A program made the translations under genes and the position numbers. Under the pieces are notes generated by a model that did no database searches, was not told the DNA's origin, and saw nothing but the letters and a program-made list of their open reading frames with translations. Positions 52,372 through 60,336 of a stretch of DNA of 64,000 bases are shown here, in pieces. Source of the DNA: Uliginosibacterium gangwonense DSM 18521 (lineage in GTDB: Bacteria; Pseudomonadota; Gammaproteobacteria; Burkholderiales; Rhodocyclaceae); contig NZ_KB892864.1 in the NCBI RefSeq assembly GCF_000373965.1, positions 200,170 through 264,169 on the forward strand, written 5' to 3'. Each line of letters begins with the position of its first letter. Within the stretch, counting starts at the first letter, position 1.

Positions 52372-52751
52372 GCTCATCGAAACCCCAGCTTGACTGGCAC
52401 CCCATTTTTCAGTGCATAAAAACGCACAAAAACGCGTAAAAGTGCAAGTTTTTTCACATCCTGAAAAATGGCCTTCAGCCCAGCCACCGGGCGGCTTTGG
52501 CCTGGGTGCATGAGTGCATAAAAAGCGCCCCTTTTACCGGGCGGGCGTGGCGGGGGTACGACCGCGCGCGGAGGGCTAAAACGGCAGCCCGGCCCTCCCT
52601 GTCTTTGCCGCAAATCGGGGCGCCAAGGGGTGGCAATGGGCGCTGGAAACGAGAACGTGTAACGGACAGGCGCAAGGTCGCCTGCGGGGTGGCGCTCTCA
52701 AACGCCCATATAGAGACTTACAGGGGCATGGCCGCGCCGTGGCTTGGCACC

Positions 52752-52779
52752 AAGAAAAAGGCCCGCACATGGCGGGCCT
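52752..52779 (-). terminator. rho-independent terminator after the small HTH gene
   Basis: The minus strand reads GGCCCGCcatgtGCGGGCC followed by TTTTTCTT. Confidence 0.45.
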
Positions 52780-52802
52780 GAATGCCGGGCAACAGGGGGC
52801 AA

Positions 52803-53018
52803 TCAGATATCCACCGTGCGCCCCACCACCACCTTACCCAACTTGTGGAGTGCCTTTTCCAAGGCGGGCACCTTGGACTGATACCGTGGGTCAAGCGCAC
52901 GCTCCACCATCGTGTTTGTCCAACCTGTAGCCCGTGCCAGATCCACCTTGCGCCAGCCCTTCTCCACCATGGCATTGTGCAGAAAAACCTTAAGGGCAGC
53001 CATCACCGGCAACACCAC
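52803..53018 (-). CDS. small HTH DNA-binding protein (Cro/C1-XRE-like; possible phage repressor or antitoxin)
   Basis: 66-71 aa. The ORF track's start is a GTG at 53018, and an ATG lies 5 codons in. WRKVDLARATGWTNTMVERALD looks like an HTH. It is divergent from the three-gene operon. Confidence 0.4.
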   Translation of the reverse strand: MVLPVMAALKVFLHNAMVEKGWRKVDLARATGWTNTMVERALDPRYQSKVPALEKALHKLGKVVVGRTVDI

Positions 53019-53356
53019 GTAGTCCTTCCCTTACAGCTGCGACGGACTTATGCCGGCTAAGGAACTAGGGGGCTATTCTTCTAGATACTCCATTTGCAAA
53101 CTTGGCCGCTATGGCTTAGAAGATGGTATGGAGTCCCCTTGTGCAGCCACAATCACCATACTTAAGGTTGTGATCAATAATTTTGGAGCCGCCCGCGTTT
53201 TTCTGTAATCGGTCAGCAACTGACCCGACCACGGAGTAACATATTGCGGCTCAACCGCCTATAACCATGAAAACAACATGGAATCATATGAGTTCATGGC
53301 CCTATTTTTTTGTTGACTTATGATTAATTCGATCCATATGATATCAATAGTACAGG

Positions 53357-53722
53357 ATGGATTCTTTATCTTCGGAGTTGGCAACGGTGAACTCCGAAGC
53401 GCTTAAGCAGTTAATTGCTAGTTGTCGCCGTAAAGATCGGCGCACGCTTGGCTTTCCAAGGGATTGGAATCCAAGTCGCATAAGGCATCCCGAAATCAGA
53501 GATTTCTATTTCACGGAGGCAGGTGCATGGGAATTTATTGCAGACCAGCTTCAAGCCAACCATCCGTTCACGGAAATCGTCTTAGATAACCCCGCTGGAG
53601 CCTTAGCTTTGGTAATGGAGGTTAAAGTCACCCCGGACGACCCGCTTCTATATATCAAGCTCCAAATTGGAAAAGGAAACATGGCGATTGGACGAAGCTT
53701 TCATTACAGCGACCGTTATTAA
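53357..53722 (+). CDS. MqsR-family (RelE/ParE superfamily) toxin-like protein
   Basis: 121 aa, or 111 aa from the GTG at 53387, which has a GGAG RBS. The C-terminal half aligns to the E. coli MqsR fold (compare DFYKSMTTY...VYLKITVIHDVLIVSFKEK with DFYFTEAGAWEF...LLYIKLQIGKGNMAIGRSFHY). The position corresponding to MqsR K56 is Phe in this protein. The gene sits immediately upstream of an MqsA-like gene, the MqsR->MqsA order. Confidence 0.5.
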   Translation: MDSLSSELATVNSEALKQLIASCRRKDRRTLGFPRDWNPSRIRHPEIRDFYFTEAGAWEFIADQLQANHPFTEIVLDNPAGALALVMEVKVTPDDPLLYIKLQIGKGNMAIGRSFHYSDRY

Positions 53723-53737
53723 GGACTATGTTACTTC

Positions 53738-54316
53738 ATGAAAAATCAGATGGATAACATGCCAGGCCAGTCTTGCTTGGAATGCCCTTCATGTGGGGCA
53801 AGCAATATCTCGGCGACGAGCGAAGTTGAAAATTTTCAATATGGTGACAAGTACGATGCACCAACACTCTCTGTTTCGATTCGTGTTCATCACTGTGCAT
53901 CGTGCGGTTTCTCGTTCACTACCGAGGAAGCCAGTGAGTTAAAGCATGATGCAGTGTGCCGACACCTAGGAGTTATGACGCCAAATGAAGTGCGCAGTGT
54001 GCGAGAGCACTATGGGTTGAGCCAAGGTGAATTTTCTGAACTGTCAAAAATTGGCAAAGCATCTTTGGCGCGCTGGGAGAGCGGGGTGCTCATTCAAAAC
54101 CAAGCCAATGATAACCTTTTATTCCTACTGACTTTCTGCGATAACGTCACTCGTTTAAGAGAAAGGCGGCGAATTCAAACTGATCATTCAAATTCTTTGA
54201 CGAAAAATGTAGTGCCATTTCGTCCCAGGTTTAGAGCTCTTCCGCAAACTGACATAGATCGCATGCAGCGTGAAGCCGAGCGGTTTGAGTTGTTCCCTGA
54301 AGCAATGATTGGGTAA
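53738..54316 (+). CDS. MqsA-family antitoxin-like protein (YgiT-type Zn-ribbon + XRE HTH) with ~70-aa C-terminal extension
   Basis: 192 aa with CLECPSCG...HCASCGF, a four-Cys zinc ribbon. The HTH region PNEVRSVREHYGLSQGEFSELSKIGKASLARWESGVLIQNQANDNLLFLL aligns to E. coli MqsA PEFIVKVRKKLSLTQKEASEIFGGGVNAFSRYEKGNAQPHPSTIKLLRVL. A 15-nt gap separates it from the upstream gene, and its stop lies 2 nt before the next ATG. Confidence 0.75.
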   Translation: MKNQMDNMPGQSCLECPSCGASNISATSEVENFQYGDKYDAPTLSVSIRVHHCASCGFSFTTEEASELKHDAVCRHLGVMTPNEVRSVREHYGLSQGEFSELSKIGKASLARWESGVLIQNQANDNLLFLLTFCDNVTRLRERRRIQTDHSNSLTKNVVPFRPRFRALPQTDIDRMQREAERFELFPEAMIG

Positions 54317-54318
54317 AT

Positions 54319-56169
54319 ATGTACGTTGTTACGTTTTATTCCTTTAAGGGCGGCGTAGGCAGGTCCATGTCGCTTGTTAATGTCGGCATTCAACTTGCGC
54401 AAGCAGGTCGTAGGGTTTTATTGGTGGATTTTGATCTTGAAGCGCCTGGTTTGCCCACTTTCAATTTATCCAAACCGGAGGGCGACGCTTCTGGGGTCGT
54501 TGAGTACGTAACACAGTACATAACCACTGGAGAATCTCCTGATGTAGCGAAGTACATATATAAATCAGAACAGTTTGAACGTGGTGGCCTTTGGGTAATG
54601 CCGGCAGGACTTCAAAACAGTACATATTCACAACGGCTCAACTCAATTGATTGGCGAAAGCTTTATGGGGAGCAATCGGGCTATCTTTTTTTCGAAGACT
54701 TGAAGGTTCAATGGAAAAATACGCTTGCTCCTGACTATGTTCTCATTGACTCAAGGACAGGACACAGTGATGTGGAAGGAGTATGTACACGACAACTGCC
54801 AGATGCAGTCTGTCTTCTGTTCTTCCCAAATGAGCAAAACCTCCAAGGGTTAAAACGGATTGTTTCAAATATCCGGTCTTATAGAATAGATTCAACCACA
54901 AAGCCTATAAGCCTTCATTTTGCCGTTTCTAATGTTCCTGATCTCGATGACGAGGATCATATTCTTAGTAGCACATTACAACGTTTTAGCGAAGAATTAG
55001 GATACATAAATCTTTCGTCTGAGATACATCATTACAACAGCTTGTCACTGCTTACCCAAGAAATATTTTCCTTAAACCGCCCCAATAGTCGATTAACAAC
55101 AGAGTATAGAAAACTAACAACCGCCATTCGAAGTCGTAACAATGAGGATAGAGATGCTGTACTAGCATTTTTAAAGGATGCTCACCGTGATATTTCAGAC
55201 ACACTAAACTCAATTGGTCCAAGGGAGTTATTGAAGCGAATAAACCTGATTCAAGATAATTTCGGCCAAGACGGTGAAGTATGCTATTTCCTAGCAAGAC
55301 TTCAGGAGCAAATCGGCAGTAGCAAAGATGCTTTAAGTCTATTGTCGTCCGAGGCCGTACAGAATGGTTATGCCACGGGTTCGATGTTTGCTGCTCGCGC
55401 AGGCATAAATCACAAACTCGGGAACATAGACGACGCAATTGAAGATCTTAGGTCGATGCTTGATTCCACTAATATTGACCTAGAGTCATTTCTTGAAACT
55501 GCTCCTATCATAGATCAGGTAGCCCCTGATCTTTATAGTTCTTTGCCAACGTCAAAGGCATTCTTGTCGCTAACGGCCAAGGATAGATTGTTCTTCGTTA
55601 CTCAGTCTGAGGGAAATAAGAACCAACTTCGAGCCAATGCAGAGATTTTGAAGCACCTTAGAAAGTATCCAGAGGACGCTATAGATACAGAATCTGGAGT
55701 TGCTTCTGACAGCTATCTTGCGCATGAGCTTGCTCTGGCGAGCATTGGTGCGGGTGATTTTGCGGCAGCTGCTGATCTACTAAGATCAGAAGGAGTGCCA
55801 GAAGAGACTCTTGCTATAGCTGATGCATTTAATCTTGCTATGGCGACGTGGGGAATGGATCGCCAACCAAGTATCGAGCATTTTAAGACTGTAGCTCAAA
55901 TTGAGGATCGAGAAGGTACGCTCAGCAATGATCCGAGCATTAACTATCTTCAGTGCATGGCTATAGCATATACAATTCTCGGCAACGTCGAAAAAGCAAA
56001 ATCTTGCATTTTAAGAGCACGAGAGTCTATGAGGAGGATTCCTCAGAGAGTCTTCTCAGCATGGAGTTACTCAAAGGTTGGTCCCAAAGAGTTTTTCTCC
56101 CATCTGGATCAGATTGATGCCATGCTCGAGGGGAAGAATGTTGTTCCAGTGTTCATGGAAGTGAAATAG
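54319..56169 (+). CDS. ParA/MinD-like P-loop ATPase (deviant Walker A KGGVGRS) fused to a C-terminal TPR-like alpha-helical domain; function unknown
   Basis: 616 aa. The N-terminal ~250 aa carry the deviant Walker A SFKGGVGRSMS (Arg replaces the P-loop Lys), a switch-I-like RRVLLVDFDLEAPGL, and the Walker B DYVLIDSRTGHSD. The C-terminal ~350 aa are helical repeats. GC is about 42-45% against a host value of about 62%. Confidence 0.6.
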   Translation: MYVVTFYSFKGGVGRSMSLVNVGIQLAQAGRRVLLVDFDLEAPGLPTFNLSKPEGDASGVVEYVTQYITTGESPDVAKYIYKSEQFERGGLWVMPAGLQNSTYSQRLNSIDWRKLYGEQSGYLFFEDLKVQWKNTLAPDYVLIDSRTGHSDVEGVCTRQLPDAVCLLFFPNEQNLQGLKRIVSNIRSYRIDSTTKPISLHFAVSNVPDLDDEDHILSSTLQRFSEELGYINLSSEIHHYNSLSLLTQEIFSLNRPNSRLTTEYRKLTTAIRSRNNEDRDAVLAFLKDAHRDISDTLNSIGPRELLKRINLIQDNFGQDGEVCYFLARLQEQIGSSKDALSLLSSEAVQNGYATGSMFAARAGINHKLGNIDDAIEDLRSMLDSTNIDLESFLETAPIIDQVAPDLYSSLPTSKAFLSLTAKDRLFFVTQSEGNKNQLRANAEILKHLRKYPEDAIDTESGVASDSYLAHELALASIGAGDFAAAADLLRSEGVPEETLAIADAFNLAMATWGMDRQPSIEHFKTVAQIEDREGTLSNDPSINYLQCMAIAYTILGNVEKAKSCILRARESMRRIPQRVFSAWSYSKVGPKEFFSHLDQIDAMLEGKNVVPVFMEVK

Positions 56170-56454
56170 TTGTTTAGGGGCATACGCTCTTGCTGAGTGA
56201 TTATAAAATTCAAAATATCCTAAAAAGCCTGAACAACCACCAAAGCTGAGAATTGTCCCCCTTTCTTGCAGAGGGCGGAAGGCTAGACAGGCGATTCCAA
56301 TGACCATCATCGCCTGTGGATAATCGTCTCGGTTGATTTAGTTGATTTCCGGTCTAGCCGACCGCTTTCAATTTTGCGTGCCTCCCCGTTATGGCTGTTT
56401 CGGTTGTCTCCACCGACCGAATCGGGTCGATCTCGCCCCTCAACACCCCATCAT

Positions 56455-56485
56455 CAAAAAGCCGCCCTCGGGCGGCTTTGTCATT
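56455..56485. terminator. bidirectional terminator between the ParA-TPR gene and the convergent dam gene
   Basis: aaaaaGCCGCCCtcgGGCGGCtttgtcattt. Confidence 0.55.
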
Positions 56486-56504
56486 TCTTCTCATCCAGCC
56501 AGGG

Positions 56505-57296
56505 CTAGAAGTTGGTAATGATCAGCTCTTTTGCTTTGGTCATGCTGTTCCCTCCCCCACCTACGCTGTAGTTGATCGCCACCTCTCGGAAGGTCAGACC
56601 CTTGAATGCCTTTCGCATGGCGGGAATGTCATTGACCGAGATTACCATCCGGCCCTTCATCGTTCGGGCCCGTTCGGCCATGCGGTCGTATTCAGCCAAG
56701 TCAAAGGGCACCCCGTAACCTTCCGTGCCATAGTAGGGTGGATCACAGTACACCAGCGTGTGGGCGCGGTCGTAGCGTTCAATGCAATCCGCCCAGGGCA
56801 GATTCTCGATATAGGTATGGCTCAAGCGCAGATGGGCGGAGGATAGATCCTCTTCCAGTCGCAGCAGATTAAGCCTGGGGGCCGTTGTCGTGGCCGTCCC
56901 GAAGCTGCGCCCTTCTACCTTGCCACCAAACCCCAATTTCTGGATGTAGAAGAAGCGCGCCGCCCGCTGGATATCGGTCAGGGTTTCTTCGGGGGTCGCC
57001 TGCATCCATTTGTAGATCTGGCGACTGCTCAGTGCCCATTTGAACTGACGGATCAGTTCTTCCAGATGGTGGCGCACCACCCGGTACAGATTGACCAGTT
57101 CGCCATTGATATCGTTGATCACTTCCACCTTGCTGGCATCCTTCATGAAGAACAGGGCCGCAGCCCCGCAGAAGGGTTCCACATAGCAGGTGTGTTCTGG
57201 AAACAGAGGCAGGATGTGTTTGGCCAGCCGTCGTTTGCCGCCGATCCAAGGGATGATCGGGCTGCTGTTCATGTTTGCATTGATTTGTTTTTTCAT
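56505..57296 (-). CDS. dam: DNA adenine (N6) methyltransferase, Dam-like, phage-borne
   Basis: 263 aa with an N-terminal PIIPWIGGKRRL and the catalytic DPPY (VYCDPPYYG). It lies 21 bp downstream of the portal gene on the same strand. Confidence 0.85.
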   Translation of the reverse strand: MKKQINANMNSSPIIPWIGGKRRLAKHILPLFPEHTCYVEPFCGAAALFFMKDASKVEVINDINGELVNLYRVVRHHLEELIRQFKWALSSRQIYKWMQATPEETLTDIQRAARFFYIQKLGFGGKVEGRSFGTATTTAPRLNLLRLEEDLSSAHLRLSHTYIENLPWADCIERYDRAHTLVYCDPPYYGTEGYGVPFDLAEYDRMAERARTMKGRMVISVNDIPAMRKAFKGLTFREVAINYSVGGGGNSMTKAKELIITNF

Positions 57297-57317
57297 AGGC
57301 GTTTCTCTTGTTTAGAC

Positions 57318-58370
57318 TTATGGTGTTGCATTGATGGCCAAGGCATAAGGCGTGAAGCTCACGACCTCCTCCCCCAGCCAATCATTGATTTCAAGCATGC
57401 GGGATTGCAGCGGGGCCACTTCATTGGCGGCAAACACGGCGGCGGCCTGGGCGGCATCGCCAAATCCCCCGGTGTTGTGCGGGATGATGCCTAGCAGTTG
57501 CGGCGGTACGCGGTGGGCGGCCAGTTGGTCATCCCGTGTCACGTTCTTGATGTGCAGGAATTCGTCTTTGGCGGCCACCTCGCTGACTGGCAGTAGTTGC
57601 AGCCCGTCTTTCTTGCCGCCTGGGGCGTACATGAACAGGTTCCTGAAGTTGCCCGGCCCCTTGGAGTTGCGTAGGGCATCTCTCAAGTTGTCGACATCTT
57701 TCTGGTTATGCGCGGGGTCGGTCATGTAGAAGATGAACCCGGCGTGGCTTCCGTTGAGGTAATACTTGCGCCTAAAAAGTGTGGCCGATTCGTTGAGCAA
57801 TACACTACTCATGGCCGCGAGGTATTCCGGCAAACCATAAACCTCCTGGTTGATATCCGGCTCCATGAGGTGAAACACTTCCCCAGGGGCGAACTCATGA
57901 TCCAGTTGGCCCGCGCGCAGGAAGTAGTAGGTCTGCAGATCCAGCCCACGCCGGGTGTATTTGGCCAAGCTCGTCTTGAGTTGCAGCGTGCCACCCAGGC
58001 GATTACTGACTCGCTCCATGTAGGCATTACCAAAGGTCAGGTAATCCAGCACAAAGCGGCTGAACTCTGCCCGGCTCAAGAGTTTGTGCGGTTGAAACGT
58101 GCTGACAAGGATATTGCGCTTCACGTACATGGGGCTGGCGTGATGCACCGTGGCCCGGAAAACCTGGGCCAGTGCATGCATGGAAATGGGCGGCTCATAC
58201 CATTTGCCATTGCCGACGCATTCCAGATAATCAAACAGTTCGCGCCGATCCAGCACGGGGAGCGGATCGCCAAAGCTGAAGGCGCCCCACTCGCCAGAAG
58301 ATAGCGGGCGTGAGTCCGGCAGGCCATTGGTGCTCAGGTGTTCAGTCTTGTTTCGTGTCTTGCGGCTCAT
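57318..58370 (-). CDS. P2-like phage portal protein (gpQ)
   Basis: 350 aa, the gpQ-type portal size. It sits immediately downstream of the terminase ATPase gene and its stop overlaps the dam start region. Confidence 0.8.
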   Translation of the reverse strand: MSRKTRNKTEHLSTNGLPDSRPLSSGEWGAFSFGDPLPVLDRRELFDYLECVGNGKWYEPPISMHALAQVFRATVHHASPMYVKRNILVSTFQPHKLLSRAEFSRFVLDYLTFGNAYMERVSNRLGGTLQLKTSLAKYTRRGLDLQTYYFLRAGQLDHEFAPGEVFHLMEPDINQEVYGLPEYLAAMSSVLLNESATLFRRKYYLNGSHAGFIFYMTDPAHNQKDVDNLRDALRNSKGPGNFRNLFMYAPGGKKDGLQLLPVSEVAAKDEFLHIKNVTRDDQLAAHRVPPQLLGIIPHNTGGFGDAAQAAAVFAANEVAPLQSRMLEINDWLGEEVVSFTPYALAINATP

Positions 58371-60193
58371 CCAAAAATCTCCATAAATCCGGTGTTGGTG
58401 GTCGTGGCCCCTTCAAGGGGTTCGTTCAGTAGTGCATGCAGGCAGGCCCAGGCCAGATCGGCGTGGCTCGTCTCTTCACTGCGCCCGGCTTCAAAGGTGA
58501 TTTGTCGCCCGCTGGCGGTGGTGGTCTTCTTGATGGCCATGAAGGCGGCGGCCAAGTCTGTCCAGCCCGCGTCAAACTCAAGGCGCCCGCGCTCAATGAT
58601 GTTCAAAGCCTTCAACACCATCCTGACTTTCAGGTCTGGCGAGTAGTTGAGACCCACGGCCATGGGGAAGAACTGGCGCACCAACTGATAGACGCCCTGC
58701 CCCAGGCCGGTGGTATCAATGGCGATGTGCTGCACGTTGTAGGTGTGGGTCAGCATCTCGATGCGCTTGGCCTGTTCCTCAAAATCCAGCCCCTGGAACT
58801 GCATCCGGTCGAGCACGCGAAACTTGCCCCCAGGGGCCATCGGGGGCGCGACCACGACCAGCCCGGCAGAATCCCCCGTGTGGCTGGGGTCGTAACCGAT
58901 CCAGACCGGGCGATCGGCAAAGGGCCGGGCATGGAAGGGGCGGAAGTCTTCCCACACCTCCCAGGAATCCACCATGCAGCGTTGCAGCAGCGAGAGCGGA
59001 AAAACGCTTTTGCCATCGTCAATGAACTGGCACATGAAAAGCTGCAGGAACTCTTCCGGCGAGTACTCCAAGCGCAATTGCTGGATATCGAAAAGATCAC
59101 AACCGCTGGCCGCAGCATCCAGAATCGTGACAATCTGGCGCCATTGGCCATCCTCGCAATGCCGCCCACCGGCCAAGGCTTCATGGCGGACATCCAGCTC
59201 GATGTGCTCAGACTTGGGCCGCCCCTTGTTGAAAAGTGTCCCCGCCCAAAACGGGTACGCCTCATGCGTGAGAGTCGACGGTGTAGAAAAGTAGGTCTGG
59301 CGCCAGCGCTTCTGGCTGGCCATGCCGCTGGCCACCTTGCGAAGATCGCGGAATTTCGGAATCCAGAAATACTCATCAAGGTACAAATTGCCGTGGTAGC
59401 TCTGCGCCGTGCGGCTATTCGTGCCCAGGAAGATCAATTCCGCCTCATTGGGCAAGAGGATTTTTTCGCCGCGCAAGTCCACGTCAGCGGTCGTGCGGGC
59501 GAACTCCTGAATGTAGCTTTTGAACTGGTGCGCCTGGGCTTTGCTGGCAGACAGGAAGATTTGATTGCGCCCGGTCTTCAGGGCATCAATCAGCGCCTCA
59601 CGCGCAAAGTAGAAAGTTGCGCCGATCTGGCGAGACTTCAACAGATTGCGGATGCGCTCCTGCTGCCCAGCCCTGTACCAATGCTTTTGGTATCCAAACA
59701 GGCCATCCATGAAGGCGTCTTCCATCCTCCGCTGTTGTTCTTCGCTGATCGCATTGCGCTCGGGCGGCTTGCGTGTGCTGCCCTTATTGCGTTCGGCAAT
59801 CGCCGGGTTCAAGTCGCCTTCTCGACCTGTGCCCTGATAGCGTTTGATGCGGGCTTGGCACTCCAAGAGTCGGCCCAGGGCATCGATCTCCTTGTAATCT
59901 GAATTGGATTTTGCGTCCTTGGCAATCAGGAGATTCAAGCGGGCTTCCGTGACATATTCAATGCGGGTAAGCGCGTCGGTTTCATCCCACTTGCCACGAC
60001 GCTTCCAACTGTGCACAGTAGAAGCGCGCACCTGAAGACGCCGGGCAATCTCTGAAACCCGGTAGCCCTGGTAGTACAGGTCACGCGCCCGTGCCTGGAG
60101 CGTGTCATCAGTCGCTGCGGCCTGGGCCATGTCAGGAGTTGCAGCAGCAGCGGCATGGTGATCACTGAAGGGGGAAGTATTGGTCTTATCCAT
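58367..60193 (-). CDS. P2-like terminase large (ATPase) subunit (gpP)
   Basis: About 608 aa from ATG 60193 (MDKTNTSPF...). It has an N-terminal HTH (YYQGYRVSEIARRLQVRASTVHSWKRRGKWDE) and a terminase ATPase/nuclease body. The ORF track's 60352 start extends into the divergent gpO gene. Confidence 0.8.
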   Translation of the reverse strand: MDKTNTSPFSDHHAAAAATPDMAQAAATDDTLQARARDLYYQGYRVSEIARRLQVRASTVHSWKRRGKWDETDALTRIEYVTEARLNLLIAKDAKSNSDYKEIDALGRLLECQARIKRYQGTGREGDLNPAIAERNKGSTRKPPERNAISEEQQRRMEDAFMDGLFGYQKHWYRAGQQERIRNLLKSRQIGATFYFAREALIDALKTGRNQIFLSASKAQAHQFKSYIQEFARTTADVDLRGEKILLPNEAELIFLGTNSRTAQSYHGNLYLDEYFWIPKFRDLRKVASGMASQKRWRQTYFSTPSTLTHEAYPFWAGTLFNKGRPKSEHIELDVRHEALAGGRHCEDGQWRQIVTILDAAASGCDLFDIQQLRLEYSPEEFLQLFMCQFIDDGKSVFPLSLLQRCMVDSWEVWEDFRPFHARPFADRPVWIGYDPSHTGDSAGLVVVAPPMAPGGKFRVLDRMQFQGLDFEEQAKRIEMLTHTYNVQHIAIDTTGLGQGVYQLVRQFFPMAVGLNYSPDLKVRMVLKALNIIERGRLEFDAGWTDLAAAFMAIKKTTTASGRQITFEAGRSEETSHADLAWACLHALLNEPLEGATTTNTGFMEIFG

Positions 60194-60248
60194 CGCCCCA
60201 ATGTGCCTGTCTCGCCGCCCCTGTACCATCAATGCAAAACGTATAACG

Positions 60249-60264
60249 CCTGTTTTACAACAGG
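60249..60264. promoter_or_regulatory. perfect palindrome CCTGTTttacAACAGG in the P/O divergent late-promoter region (candidate Ogr/Delta-type activator site)
   Basis: A 16-bp dyad centred about 80 bp upstream of the gpO start. P2-family late promoters carry TGT-N-ACA dyads bound by zinc-finger activators. This is inference. Confidence 0.3.
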
Positions 60265-60336
60265 GTTTCATTGAGGCAAAAGCCTTGCTGGCCGACACTG
60301 TGTCCATCGCAAACATCACGCACACAGGACACCGAC

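Noticed and set aside
52374-52781. Small ORFs (79, 94, 64 aa) in the GC-rich island segment
   Set aside because: They are Arg/Pro/Gly-rich, overlap each other in different frames, and have no RBS. The region is treated as non-coding or a decayed gene.
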